From positions 654,299,633-654,363,632 of the forward strand of contig NC_058131.1 in NCBI RefSeq assembly GCF_016433145.1: 64,000 bases of DNA, read 5' to 3'. The notes below the pieces were generated by a model. The model saw only the letters and a program-made list of their open reading frames with translations, searched no databases and was not told the DNA's origin. How positions within the stretch are numbered: the first letter of the stretch is position 1; the number at the start of each line of letters is the position of its first letter. Origin of the DNA: Gracilinanus agilis. Its lineage: Eukaryota. This document shows positions 38,973 to 53,599 of this stretch, piece after piece. The translations under genes and the position numbers were made by a program.

Positions 38973-40990
38973 GTGTGTGTTTGTGTATGTGTGTGTGTAA
39001 AAGTGAAACAGTCACAACCCTCAAAAAGTTTAAATTCTAATGAGGGGAGACAACATATATGATAGATTTTAGCTAAGAAGTCAGAAGTGAAGGTCTTATG
39101 GTCTTGCAGTGACGAATGTCACTTCTTCAATGTTATTTCCACGGATAAGTTTATGTTGGGTTCAGATACTGAACAATTTAACAATTCCGAGGATTTTGGT
39201 GACAAGCTCTTTCTTTTCTAAATCTTGAAGAGCTATTATTGTGGTATCTTCAGGAACATTTGACAATCTGTATCTCTCCAGGTGGGGCTTCTCAGGATCT
39301 GCTCTTTCATGGAGTTCCAGTCTAATGGGGGAGACTACATGCAAACAACTATGGAAAAACAAGCTAAAAAACATGATAAATTGGATATAATCAGCAAATT
39401 GAAGGTATTAGAATTAAGGGGGTCAGGAAAGACTTCCTTTAGAAGGTGGGGTTTTAGCTGAGACTTGAAGAAAGCCAGAAATGCCAAAAAGTAGAAATGA
39501 GAAAGTAGAGAATTCCAAGAATGGGTGACAACCAGTAAAAAAATGGCTAAATTGACAATTATTCCAAGAAGGTACAAGTGGATGGGGTCACACTGAACTC
39601 ATTTTAAAAACAAAAGAAAACAAAATATTTATATAATTCTTACTATGTGCTAAGTGCTTTCCAATTATTACATCATTTGATCCTCACATCAACCTCAAGA
39701 GGTAGGTATTGTTATCCCCATTTTATAGATGAGAAACCTGAGGCAAACAGATTAAGCTATCATTTTCAGCTGTCATTCAATAATTCTTAGAACAGAGGCA
39801 GTTGTAAATGTCCTGAGGTAGATTGACATGACTGTAAATTATTGAAGAAGAGTAGAAAAATCATTGATTAGAACTTTTAAAATGACTCAGGATCTAATTC
39901 AGAAGAAGGATTTTCCTTAGAGTTTTCTTTTTCCCTTTTAAATAGCCATAAAAGTTCACGAGAACCCAGATGGTGATAGAAAATCTTGAGGCAGACCCAA
40001 GATTCACTAAGCACGCCATGACCCAGTCCATTGAAACTTTAAGCAATGTGAATTTTTTGGCATTCACCATGGGTTCGGCAGGTGGGAAGATGAGGGGAAG
40101 GGAAGTAACAACAATGAGCAAGAATCACAATTCATGCTCACAAACAACATTCGGCACCAATTAAATCTTTCCTTTGGGTGAACAGACCTTGCAGGCTCTT
40201 TGAGCCACAGATAACCCAAGCTGACAAGCTGGATAGAACATTCAAGGCTAATATTTTCCTTGAAAGTCTACTGAGAAAATCTCCCCAAGAATAAGAGTGT
40301 GCTCTTCATCAATATCAGAAGTATATATTGTCTTCCCCCCCCCATAATTTCTCTTTCGGATAACAAATTGGCTAACAGAGCAGGGGGAAATTTTAGTTGA
40401 AGACTGCGAGAATTAACTTCCCCTAGTTTGCTATATTTTCATCTCTCACTGGGTATTTGGGATCATAGGACATCTACTATAAATGATACATGGGGTGTGG
40501 ACAAATCTTGGAATCTCTAATGTCTTTGAAAGCTCAACTCAAATGTCACCCACTTCCAACATGGAACTTTCCCTGACAACTTTCCAATCCTCCTAAATGG
40601 TCAGCTCTATGCAGGGTAAAACCTTCTAGTCAGTTAAATCAGATGCAGTTTCCCTAAGGATGAAGAGTTCTTTTTGTTCAGACAAAAGTTGTTTTTTGGT
40701 TTGGTTTGTTTTTTTGTTTTTTTGAAGGAAAAGATTGCTTGTGGGGTGGGAAGATTTCTTAGTTATCCCTTTTCCCATGAGGCATGGTTGGGTTAGACTT
40801 AAACAAGAGAAGGCCATATTCTTCAAATATGGTTCATTTTCCTTGCAAATCTGGTGTAATCCAAGAGTTCAAGACCAGGAGACAAGTACATTGAGTTCTA
40901 AATACTGATATTTAAAAAACTCACAATGAGGGGCAACTCATGACCTCCTAAAACAGTCCATTTCATTTCGGCATAGTTCTGATTCTTAGG
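35018..40990 (+). repeat. 2986-bp tandem duplication joined by a single N at 38004 (probable assembly artefact)
   Basis: 35018-38003 recurs at 38005-40990 with constant offset 2987; ORF translations and (TA)n length are identical. Confidence 0.95.
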
Positions 40991-41419
40991 GATTTTTTCC
41001 CATTAATATCAAGTCTAGATTTTACCTTTTGAAAGTTCCTCTTTATTATTCATCATTCTGTCCTCTGAGAAAAGGAAGTACGTTCATAGAATGAGAATCT
41101 ATGCTTCTGCCTTGACTTTGGCTAATCTGCAGAAGTTCAGGGTTAACAAAGATTGCTTGACTTCCTCACGAAAGACCAGACCTCTTCACAGGAATGGAAT
41201 TTGATCATCTTGGAAGGATACTTTTAAGTTCTGCTCAAGTGTTTTATCTAAGAACCTAAAAGATTTATTTATAGAGACATTTAAGGGATGGTGAACAAGG
41301 CCACACTGACTTTGGAGTAAGAAGGTCTAGGTTTGACTCCTGACTCTGTCCATTATGACAGTATATTATATCAATATAATATATATTATACATACATATT
41401 TATTATACCAGTCTCCTTC

Positions 41420-42360
41420 CCAAGTTTTAGACCCCAATCACCCCTTGCCTATTGGGCATTTCAAAATGGATATCCAGGCTTTGTCTCAAATTTGATATGT
41501 ACAAAACAGATTTCATTATCTTTCCCTCCCAAATCCACTTCCCTACTAAACTTTCTTATTTCTATGGAATATACCACCATTCTTTAAGCTTCTCAGGTTT
41601 GCCACCTTGATATTTTCCTTGACTACTCATTTTTCCTCATACTCTATATCCGAATAGCTGCCAAAGCTCCCTGGTTAAATCTTGTGTTTTGGGCCTTTTC
41701 TCTTTTCTCAGTCATCACTTTAGTGCAGACCCTTTTCACCTCTTCTTTAGGGTACCACAATGACCTCCAAATTGGTGTCTCTGCTTGGAGAGTCTCTCTA
41801 CTCCTCTTCTTCCTCCACAGAACTGCCTCAATGACTTTTCTTACGTATAGAATTTAATCTCCTACTTTATAAATACCATTGGCTATTTATGCATCCAGGA
41901 GAAAATGCACACTCTCTCTAGCCTTTAAAGCTCACAATTCCCCATCTCATGTTGTATGATCCAGATAAATTGAATTTTTCTTTGTTTACACAACTCTCTA
42001 TGTCATCTCCATACCTTTGCACTGGCTATCATCCAGTACAAAAAAAATATCACCCTTTCTCATCTCTACCTTATAGCATCCCTCTTCTCCATCAAGAAAT
42101 GACTCAAATATCATTGTCTAAATGAATATTTTCTTGATCCCCATATTGCTCATGCCCTCTCTCACTACTTTGTTTTTATTTACTTTGTATATATTTATTA
42201 TATATCGAAAATATTGTAATGAATAAATATAATTCCTCTTGCCTGTGGAGAGAATGTTCACTCAGAAAATAGGAATTGTTTTATGGTTTTTTTGTCTTTG
42301 TGTTCCCATAACTGCCTGGCATATAGTAAGCCCCTAATAAATAAATGCTTAGTGATTGGT
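41420..42360 (+). mobile_element. L2 LINE fragments
   Basis: Typical L2 3' text (ttctcaggtttgccaccttgatattttccttgactactc...; 3' tail gcctggcatatagtaagcccctaataaa). Confidence 0.7.
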
Positions 42361-45300
42361 AAGTTGACTTAAATTCTCTAAGTCTCTTTTCCTATCTATA
42401 AATTGGAAACAATGACAAGAGCACTCCTTTCCAGGTTTAATGATAATGACTTGTATTTGAGTAAAAACCTACTATGTTTAGACTTGGCTGCACGTTTTCA
42501 TACCTTCTCATTCCAGGCTTCTTATAAGCCTGGGCCATTCAGGTGGTTCAGTATATAGAATGTGGACCTGGATTCAAGAAGAAAACTCACCTTCCTGATT
42601 TTAAATCTGGCCTTAGATTCTTACTAGCTGTGTGACCTGGGTTGGTCACTTAACCCTATTTGCCCAACTTCCTCCTCTGCAAAATGAATTGGAGAAGAAA
42701 ATGGCAAATCACTCCATTTCCAAGAGAATTCCAGTGTCAGACATGATTGAAACAATTTAACAACAAGCACCACCAAAACCCTGTGGATTAGGTACTGGAA
42801 TTATTGTTATCTTTTCCATTTTGCTTGTGAGGAAATGGAAGCTGGTAGAAAATGAATAACTTACCTATGACCATAAAGATCTAGTCCATGGACCTAGAGG
42901 CAAAGTTTGATGATGGTTTTCCTGACTCCAAGAACAGCAATCTTTCTCCTAAGCTATATGACTCTGATGGAGAATCAATCACTAATCATTAATTTCATTT
43001 AAATTCAATTAAATTCATAATAGTCACTAATTCATTAAAAACCTACTATGTGCCAGACATTGAGGATACAAAGACAAAAATGGTAAAAAGAAAAAAAAGG
43101 TGCTGTCCTCAAGGACCTTTAATATGTAAATTATATACAAAATTAAAACAAAGAGTGGTATATGGAAAGGACCAGAGCAAGTAAGCTTACTAATTAGATC
43201 TTCTATGGAGAATTTATGGAAGGAAGTGGATAAGAATCAAACAAAGCAACCATGGATGGAATTAAGTCTCATTGTTATCACAAAAGGGTCACAGTCTCTG
43301 TATGCTGTTACTTCTTTGGTTTACTTGATGAAAACATGTTTTTCAAGTAATGATTGGATTCAAAGGACACCAATTCAACCAGATCAACTAGAGAAAAATT
43401 CCACATGTTGAAAGTTATGGAAGCAAACATCTGGATAATTGCCCAAAGATTTGACTTTCCATCCAAACACTCACTGCACAATAGCAACAATCACACGTGC
43501 TCTCTCCATGTGGGATTAGCTGTTTTCACAAGTCATTTACAACAATGTGGACTTTTGGACCCTGGTCTCCCCTCCACAGTTATACGAAAAAAACCCAACA
43601 ATGATAACTCACCTTTTTTGTGGTACTTTAAGATTTGGAAAGCACTTTCTACATCACAACCCTTTGGGATAGACAGTAAATATTATTATCCTCCTTAAAC
43701 CATAAGGTTTATTTTTGAAATATTGAAAATTGACATTGATTATTATTATTAAATTAATATTTAGTCAATAATACTATCAGTGGCTATTATTATTAAATTA
43801 TTATTGAAATGTGAGCTGTCGATAAAATAATTGCCTCACAGACAAGGAAACAGAGCCTTACAGAAGATGAATGACTTCTCCATGGTCATAGCTATTGAGT
43901 ATAATAGCCTAAATTTGAACTCAAGTCCTTTGATTTCAAGTCTACGTCACCATACAAATATGAATTATATCCTGGATACATGTAACAACTTAATGGAGAG
44001 GTATTAAAACTATATCACAAAGACTGCCTACTCCATCACAGAAACAGTGTAAGAAGGTCAACTGGTCCAGTCTCCCATCCAAGACAAGAACCCTCTCTGC
44101 AATATATACATGATAGTCGATCTCACCCAGTCTCTGTTGGCATACTTCCAGTGATGGGATACTCATTACTTACCCTCACAATTCACTTCATTTTTTTACC
44201 ACTTCTAATTATTAGAAAGTTCTGCTTTATTTGAAGTCCAATTTTTTTTCTCCTCCCCCACCCAAACCTCCCCACCGTTAGTTTAAATGTCTTCCCCTCC
44301 CCAGAGCTCATGTTCCACTCTGATTAGCATTCCTGGGAGTTGCTCTGGACCAGTGAATAAAGAAGTAACCTTATTACATGTAGTTTGTAGATTTACTTTC
44401 TCTAAATCAGCTCTTCTTTCATTATCATTTCCCACATTCATCTTGGCCTCCCCCTTTTGGTGACAGTAGAAACATTAGTAATGCCGGCAATATCTGTCAA
44501 GTTTTAATGGGTCTGTTCTGCAAAATGCCACCTGATTTATCAAGCCATCTAAATCTCTTTTTCCCTCCCCTCAGATGCTGGAGTTGTTTTTCTTTAATTA
44601 TGGAGCCTACAGCTATTTAAGATTTATACCCTGTGTCTGCTACATCCTGGGGATTAGCAACAGGTGGCTTTAGGCAGTTTCTTCTGAGCCCATCACCAGG
44701 ATCTCCTGCAAATGCAGAAAAATAATTTGTTCTCCCTTTCAGAGAATGCAGATAAGGAAAATCAGAATAGATTTAGGCCAACTCTCTCTATTTGAACTGT
44801 CTCAAAGAGATAAAAAAAATAAGTGAGAAAAGGCATGTTTTCATTCTCCCTGACTCCTTCAGGCCAGAGTGAATCATGACTGGATTCTAGAAGCTTGGCA
44901 ACCTTGCCCCATCCTTTGGCTCTGGCAGTGTGCCCACTAGACACAGCAAATGTGTGAAGGGATTGGCAGGACCCATGAACTCAACTCAGGGAAAGCACAG
45001 CACAGAAACGCCACATGTGGGCAGTTTTCAATGCTCCCCACAGAAGGAAACCAAGCAGGTAAAAGATTCTTAGAAAGAGCAAAAGAATCTCAGAGTGCTG
45101 TAATTCAGCCATCCTGCAGACCGTTGTGATACCGCTCATCAAGGTGAAGAGTTCTCCACTTTGTTGTGCTTAAGGATTCTCTGATGAAGCATCCTTCAAA
45201 TAAACTAGAAAGGAGGCAAATGATGAGGTGTTGAGGAAAGGAACCTGAGACACTAAGCAATCTTCTGATAACCTCTGGTTCCAAAATGTTTACAAAAGCA

Positions 45301-45519
45301 GGTGAGAGAGTTTACCATCCTGGTACCACCTCCCTACTACCTCCCTCCATCCTGTTATGATGAAGATGAAGTGAAAGGATACTTACCAAACATTTTGTCA
45401 GCCTTAACTCAATGTGAGTGGCTGTGGTCATGATTCTAGGAAAATGACAATTTTGAAAACTCAAGGCCACTTACTAGAGAGAATGAGAATACAAATTCCC
45501 CCTGGGTAATTAATACATT

Positions 45520-45670
45520 TATTTTAATTTTTAATTATTTTTAAACTAAATTAATATTTAATTTTAACTTTTAGTTTTATATTTAATTTAATTTGTATAT
45601 ATGTTTATATATTTCACATTTCATTATTTTATTATTAACATTTAATTTATTAATTATCCAGATTAATAAA
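45520..45670. repeat. AT-rich low-complexity tract
   Basis: Almost entirely A/T. Confidence 0.85.
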
Positions 45671-46454
45671 ATGTATCCATGAGGACTGATATGAACTTTA
45701 AAAAGTGTGATTTTGGGAAAATCAACTAATTTATTTATACCTCAGACAACTCCACAGGATTGACCTGCTACACCATAGCTAGCTGTGGAGATATATAACA
45801 GTGGGGAGAGTTCCCCAGGTAAATGATAAATCATATATGTATGTGTTTGAATATACATATTAGATATGGATAAAGATAACCATATAGTATGTGATGCACA
45901 TGCCGTGACAGGTTCACATTATATGTAAGTACATTCAAGGTTGTGCCAGGGCTAAATATGCTTATTCTTGTGTTTTGTATGCATATATATGCATTAATGC
46001 ACACATATATATGAGTATATAATTTATTTTTGCAATACATATACAGGATGCTCTAAAATATTTAATGCATTGTATTAATCTATTAGAAAAATATACACAT
46101 ATGTATGTATAATTATATCATCTTTAATAGCATATATACTTTATGAGAGGCAGGGTATTATGATAAATAGAGAATGGAGCTCAAAACTTAAGTTCATATG
46201 CCACCTTTAACACATAATGATTGTAATATATATATATACATATATATATATATATCTTTAATAACATCTGTAGTTCTTATTCAGTTGTTCTGTGTCCAAG
46301 TCTTCATGATCCCATTTGGGATTTCCTTGGCAAAGTTATTTTTTGGAGTGGTTTCTCATTTCCTTCTGCAGTTCATTTTACAGATGAGGAAAACAGAGTT
46401 AAGTGACCTTCCCGAGGGTCATAAAGCTATTAAGTGTCTGAGGTTTAAACAACT

Positions 46455-47290
46455 GTGAGGTACCACCTTATACCTAGAAGACTGGTTATGACAAAAAAAA
46501 GAAAATGATAAATGTTGGAGAGGATGTGGAAAAATGGAATACTAATACATTGTTGGTGGAGTTGTGAACTGAAGCAGTCATTCTGGAGAGCAATTTGGAG
46601 CCAAGCTCAAAGAGTCATAAAACTGTGCATACCCTTTGAACCAGCAAATAATAGTACTAGGGCTGTGTCCCAAATAGATTAAATATAAGGAGAAAGGAAA
46701 TACTGGTCCAAAAAATATTTCTTGCTACTCTTTTTTGTGGTGGCAAGGAATTGGAAACTGAAGGGATATCCATCCATTGGAGAATTGCTGAATAAGTTGT
46801 GGTATGTGATTGTAATGGAATACTATTGTGCCATAAGAAATGACAAACAAGATTATTAAAAAAAAAAACCTGGAAAGACTTATATGACGTGATACAAAGT
46901 GAAGTGAGCAGAACATTGTTCAGAGTAACAGCAATAAAGTATGATGTTTGACTGTAACTGATTTCACATTTATCAGCAATGCAAGAATCCAGGACATTCC
47001 AAGGGACTATGAAAAGGGCTATCCACTGACATAGAAAAGAGTCTGAATGTAGATTGAAGCAAACCATTCTTCACTTTATTTCCTCCATGCATTTTTCTCT
47101 AGTTTTAGATAGGTGTCTTCTTTCACAATATGACAAACTTAGAAATAAGTATTTTCTGATTCCGCCTGTACAACCTATATCATATTATCTGATGTCTTGG
47201 GGAGAGTGGAAAGATGGGAAAGAGAGGGAGAGAACATAGATGGGAAAATGTCAGGAAATGATTATTAAAAATTACATCAACAAAAAAGGT
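46455..47290 (+). mobile_element. L1 3' end fragment (repeated at ~48497-49305 inside the duplication)
   Basis: gataaatgttggagaggatgtggaaaaatggaatactaatacattgttggtggagttgtgaactga... Minus ORFs 46657..47067 and 48740..49081 are L1 antisense. Confidence 0.92.
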
Positions 47291-50200
47291 TAATTTAAAT
47301 TTTTTAAGTGTCTGAGACCAGATTTGAATTCAGATCTTCCTGACTCTAAGTTTGACATTCTATCCATTGGGCCACCTAGTTATCCCTTAAATATAAAACT
47401 ATGTGCTTATGTGTGTANNNNNNNNNNNNNNNNNNNNNNNNNNNNNNNNNNNNNNNNNNNNNNNNNNNNNNNNNNNNNNNNNNNNNNNNNNNNNNNNNNN
47501 NNNNNNNNNNNNNNNNNNNNNNNNNNNNNNNNNNNNNNNNNNNNNNAGATTTTATATATAAGAGGCAGATAGTTGGTAGAGTGAATAGAGTGCTGAACTT
47601 GGAGTCAGAAAGTCCTGAGTTCAAACCTGTCCTCAGACACTTACTACTTGAATGACCCTGGACAAGACCCTTAACCTTATTTGCCTCAGTTTCCTAATCT
47701 GTAAAATGAGCTGGAGAAGGAAATAGCAAATTATCTCTTCCAAGAAAGCACCATATTGGTCCATAAACAGTTGGGCATGACTGAAAATTAAACTGTGATT
47801 TCATCAATATAAAGAATTTCTGGATGAGGAATCCTTGGCTAACAATGAAGGTTGGTACCTTCCCCATAGAGTAGAGCCATCCTCTATTTACCATCCCATC
47901 TAGCTTCTCTTATAAATACAGATGTAGACTCTCTCTATATAATAAAGTATTTGTGATATATAGAAAAATAAAACAGAGTTATTTGTAAGCAGGCATCATG
48001 TGCATGGTTATTCATCTCAGATATGCTTATGGTTGCCCATAGTTTGTTGGGAACCATAAATATATATATAATAATAATAATAACAGCTAATATTTTTGTA
48101 TTGCTTTATATGTGCCAGACATTACACTAAGTGTCTTACAATTAATATCTCATTTGATCCTCTCAATGATCATGGGAGGGAGATGCTATTATTAACCCTA
48201 TTTTATAGATCAGGAAACTAAGGCAAGTAGGTTAACTGACTTACTTGGAATCACATAGCTATTAAATGTCGAGGCCAGATAAGAACTCATATATCCCTGA
48301 CTGCTAGGTCTGGTGCTCTATCTGTTATGCTATTTAGGGGCCCTGATAGGAATACTCAGTTAATGATTTTTATAGAAATAATTTATATAATATATTATAT
48401 ATACTTATATATAATAATGTAATAAACTTTATATTTGATTATATACTATAGAATAGACATTTTTGTATAATACATATTATATATGATTATAAATGNCTGG
48501 TTATGACAAAAAAAAGAAAATGATAAATGTTGGAGAGGATGTGGAAAAATGGAATACTAATACATTGTTGGTGGAGTTGTGAACTGAAGCAGTCATTCTG
48601 GAGAGCAATTTGGAGCCAAGCTCAAAGAGTCATAAAACTGTGCATACCCTTTGAACCAGCAAATAATAGTACTAGGGCTGTGTCCCAAATAGATTAAATA
48701 TAAGGAGAAAGGAAATACTGGTCCAAAAAATATTTCTTGCTACTCTTTTTTGTGGTGGCAAGGAATTGGAAACTGAAGGGATATCCATCCATTGGAGAAT
48801 TGCTGAATAAGTTGTGGTATGTGATTGTAATGGAATACTATTGTGCCATAAGAAATGACAAACAAGATTATTAAAAAAAAAACCTGGAAAGACTTATATG
48901 ACGTGATACAAAGTGAAGTGAGCAGAACATTGTTCAGAGTAACAGCAATAAAGTATGATGTTTGACTGTAACTGATTTCACATTTATCAGCAATGCAAGA
49001 ATCCAGGACATTCCAAGGGACTATGAAAAGGGCTATCCACTGACATAGAAAAGAGTCTGAATGTAGATTGAAGCAAACCATTCTTCACTTTATTTCCTCC
49101 ATGCATTTTTCTCTAGTTTTAGATAGGTGTCTTCTTTCACAATATGACAAACTTAGAAATAAGTATTTTCTGATTCCGCCTGTACAACCTATATCATATT
49201 ATCTGATGTCTTGGGGAGAGTGGAAAGATGGGAAAGAGAGGGAGAGAACATAGATGGGAAAATGTCAGGAAATGATTATTAAAAATTACATCAACAAAAA
49301 AGGTTAATTTAAATTTTTTAAGTGTCTGAGACCAGATTTGAATTCAGATCTTCCTGACTCTAAGTTTGACATTCTATCCATTGGGCCACCTAGTTATCCC
49401 TTAAATATAAAACTATGTGCTTATGTGTGTANNNNNNNNNNNNNNNNNNNNNNNNNNNNNNNNNNNNNNNNNNNNNNNNNNNNNNNNNNNNNNNNNNNNN
49501 NNNNNNNNNNNNNNNNNNNNNNNNNNNNNNNNNNNNNNNNNNNNNNNNNNNNNNNNNNNNAGATTTTATATATAAGAGGCAGATAGTTGGTAGAGTGAAT
49601 AGAGTGCTGAACTTGGAGTCAGAAAGTCCTGAGTTCAAACCTGTCCTCAGACACTTACTACTTGAATGACCCTGGACAAGACCCTTAACCTTATTTGCCT
49701 CAGTTTCCTAATCTGTAAAATGAGCTGGAGAAGGAAATAGCAAATTATCTCTTCCAAGAAAGCACCATATTGGTCCATAAACAGTTGGGCATGACTGAAA
49801 ATTAAACTGTGATTTCATCAATATAAAGAATTTCTGGATGAGGAATCCTTGGCTAACAATGAAGGTTGGTACCTTCCCCATAGAGTAGAGCCATCCTCTA
49901 TTTACCATCCCATCTAGCTTCTCTTATAAATACAGATGTAGACTCTCTCTATATAATAAAGTATTTGTGATATATAGAAAAATAAAACAGAGTTATTTGT
50001 AAGCAGGCATCATGTGCATGGTTATTCATCTCAGATATGCTTATGGTTGCCCATAGTTTGTTGGGAACCATAAATATATATATAATAATAATAATAACAG
50101 CTAATATTTTTGTATTGCTTTATATGTGCCAGACATTACACTAAGTGTCTTACAATTAATATCTCATTTGATCCTCTCAATGATCATGGGAGGGAGATGC

Positions 50201-50509
50201 TATTATTAACCCTATTTTATAGATCAGGAAACTAAGGCAAGTAGGTTAACTGACTTACTTGGAATCACATAGCTATTAAATGTCGAGGCCAGATAAGAAC
50301 TCATATATCCCTGACTGCTAGGTCTGGTGCTCTATCTGTTATGCTATTTAGGGGCCCTGATAGGAATACTCAGTTAATGATTTTTATAGAAATAATTTAT
50401 ATAATATATTATATATACTTATATATAATAATGTAATAAACTTTATATTTGATTATATACTATAGAATAGACATTTTTGTATAATACATATTATATATGA
50501 TTATAAATG
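46482..50509 (+). repeat. ~2.01-kb tandem duplication joined by a single N at 48496 (probable assembly artefact)
   Basis: 46482-48495 recurs at 48497-50509. Both copies carry the same 129-N gap (47418-47546, 49432-49560); one poly-A run differs by 1 nt (11 vs 10). Confidence 0.95.
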
Positions 50510-51510
50510 AAATAATATAATAAAATACTTTATATAATATATGTGATTATATATTATAGAATAGAAATATTTCATATAATACATATTATATATGATTATA
50601 TATAAACTAATATAACATACTTCATATAATATATATGATTATATACTATAGAATAGATATATTTTGTATAATACATATTATATATGATTATATATAAAAC
50701 AATATAATAAAATAGTTTATATAATATATGATTATATAATGTAAAATAGAAATACTTTGTATAATACATATTATATGTGATTATATATAAAATAGTTATA
50801 AAATACTTTATATAATATATGTATGATTATATAATATAGAATAGAAATACTTTGTGAAGTTATATATAAAATAATGTTAAAATGTTTTATATAATATAGA
50901 ATAGAAATACTTTGTATAATACATATTATATATAAAATAATATAATAAAATACATTATAACATATGATTATGCAATATAGAATTGAAATACTTCATATAA
51001 TATATATTATATATGATTACTTATAAATTGATATGATAGAATACTTTATATAATATATATGATTATATCATATAAATTAGAAATACCAAATATGTATAAT
51101 ACATATTATATATGATTACTTATAAATTGATATGATAGAATACTTTATATAATATATATGATTATATCATATAAATTAGAAATACCAAATATGTATAATA
51201 CATATTATATATGATTACTTATAAATTGATATGATAGAATACTTTATATAATATATATGATTATATCATATAAATTAGAAATACCAAATATGTATAATAC
51301 ATATTATATATGATTACTTATAAATTGATATGATAGAATACTTTATATAATATATATGATTATATCATATAAATTAGAAATACCAAATATGTATAATACA
51401 TATTATATATGATTACTTATAAATTGATATGATAGAATACTTTATATAATATATATGATTATATCATATAAATTAGAAATACCAAATATGTATAATACAT
51501 ATTATATATG
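50380..51510. repeat. AT-rich minisatellite with 99-bp higher-order unit
   Basis: atatgattacttataaattg recurs at 51011, 51110, 51209, 51308 and 51407; more diverged related units lie upstream. Confidence 0.93.
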
Positions 51511-52219
51511 ATGATGTACAAAATAATATAATCTATATAATATATGTATATATGTATGTTACTTCACCATCTATACTCAAATATGAATATTCAAATATAT
51601 AAAGTATCTATGATTTTTAATAAATATTTTATATGCTGCATGTGTATAAATCTATATCTGTGTATAATTTCATCAGTGTGTAGAAGTCCTGATGAAATCA
51701 CACACTTATAAATATACGTATATAAGACATTCTATAAAACCTCTATTCTAAAATATATTGTAGGTAACAATTGTGAGGTAAAGGAAGATTTGACAGGACT
51801 CTGTCTGGCAGAGATCCCTTCTAACCATGAGGCTCTGGTGAGATGGTCTCTAAAGTGTCCCTCACCTCTATAACTCTGTTATAATTCTGTAACTCTGGAT
51901 TTTCCAGTTTTTTTATGCAGATGGCTGGTATCAGGGAGGAAGAGATGCATTTAGTGTACGGACAATTTGACATTAAGATTTGCAGATGGAAAGTGGAATA
52001 ATGCACACAGCTGTGTACTCCCACCCACACAAAGGAGATGGGGCCAGCTGACTATAAAGGCAATATATATGGTTTAATCAGAGGAGCTGTGCAAAATGTC
52101 TTTCTCAGATACATATCTCATCTACTCTGAGTGGGTTCCTGGAATCTTGACTCTCTGCACTTTGACTAATTCTATCCCCAAGTGGCTCGGTTCCCCTGGA
52201 AATAACACAAATATAGAAG

Positions 52220-53130
52220 ACTAAGAGTCATTCCCCAATGGATAAGTAGTCAAAGGATATGAACAAATAGTTCTCTAAAGAATAATTGCAAACTATTAGC
52301 ACGGTATGAAGGTTAGCTCCAAATCACGAATAATAAGAGAAACACATATGAAAACAACTCTGAGTTTTCATTTCATACACAATTAATTGGCAATGGACGA
52401 CAAAAGATAGGACTAGGGAATATTGAAGGAGCTGAGGGAAGACAGGCACACTACTATACTCTCAGGGAAATAATGATTTGATCCAACTGTCCAGGAAAGT
52501 AATTTGGAATTACACTAAATCAGGGACAACAGTGTATATAGCTCTTGACTTAGAGATTTCATGACTAGATATAGACCCCCCCAAACCTCCAAGACAGAAA
52601 GGTCTCACATACATCAAAATATTCATAGTAGTAGCATGGAATTAAAAACTCTAGACATGCAAATGATTAGGTTATGTTTAAACAAATTGTGGTACATGAC
52701 GCAAATGAGATATCACAATGCCATAGTAAATGATGAAAACAAAAGAATTTAGAAATGTATAGGAAGACTTATATGAACTGATACAAAGTGAAGTAAGCAG
52801 AGTCAGGAAAATAATATACTCAGTGATGCCATTAATGTGAATGGAATGAATAAAAAAATAGGAACTTAATTCTTTGAAATTGTAATGATGTCTTTAACAT
52901 GTAAATGTCTTTAACAGAGCAGAAGAAAATGCATCTCCCCAAAGGAAGTGGAAAATTGTATATTTTGCCATGCTTACTTGAGGTATTGCCTAGTTTTGCT
53001 GAACTGCTTTTTTTTTCCTTTTTTCCCCTTTTTTGTTTTAGGAAATGGCATGATATGTAGTAGAAAGGGGAAAATATGATTGGAAATGTAGATTAAAAAA
53101 AAACAATAGCTTTAAAGAAAATGTTATCAC
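52220..53130 (+). mobile_element. Older L1 ORF2/3' fragment
   Basis: aaaggatatgaacaaatagttctc...aaacaactctgagttttcatttc...aacaaattgtggtacatg...agacttatatgaactgatacaaagtgaagtaagcag. Confidence 0.85.
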
Positions 53131-53599
53131 TGTGTTTGGAAATCCCTTCACTTTATGTTATCTTCCACTGGAGGCCTTGAGATTTTCGTATAATAATTTA
53201 ACTATGTTATAAAATACATTCCTGATGTGAAAAGTATTTTCATTTGAAAAAAGTCACATTAGAAATATTCTGTAGTACCCTCCTTTCCCATGCCCATGTA
53301 TTGCTATCATGGCCTATCCCTAAGATGCCCATTGTGGGCCTTTCTCCCTCAGGACCAGACTTTTGTTCCATCATTTCAGTCATCGCCTGACTCTTTCTGA
53401 CCCCATTTGGGATTTTCTTGGCAAAGATAATGGAGTGGGTTGCTATTTCTTTCTCTAATTAATTTTACAATGGAGGAAACTAAGGCAAATAAAGTTAAGT
53501 GACTTGCTCAGGGTCAGATGACTGGTAAGTATCAGAGAGCCAGGACACATCATCAACTCCTCTCATAAAGTCTATCTTTGGCCAATATGGCAGGAAAGG

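Noticed and set aside
36175-40826. Identical ORFs appearing twice (apparent duplicated genes)
   Set aside because: They come from the single-N-joined duplication. ORFs 36175 and 36348 overlap L2-like repeat sequence.
46657-49253. 136-aa and 113-aa hydrophobic minus ORFs
   Set aside because: They are antisense translations of L1 3' sequence, and are duplicated by the probable artefact.
51011-51505. Regular repeats as a CRISPR-like array
   Set aside because: The units are contiguous and identical with no unique spacers, and the context is eukaryotic; this is a minisatellite.
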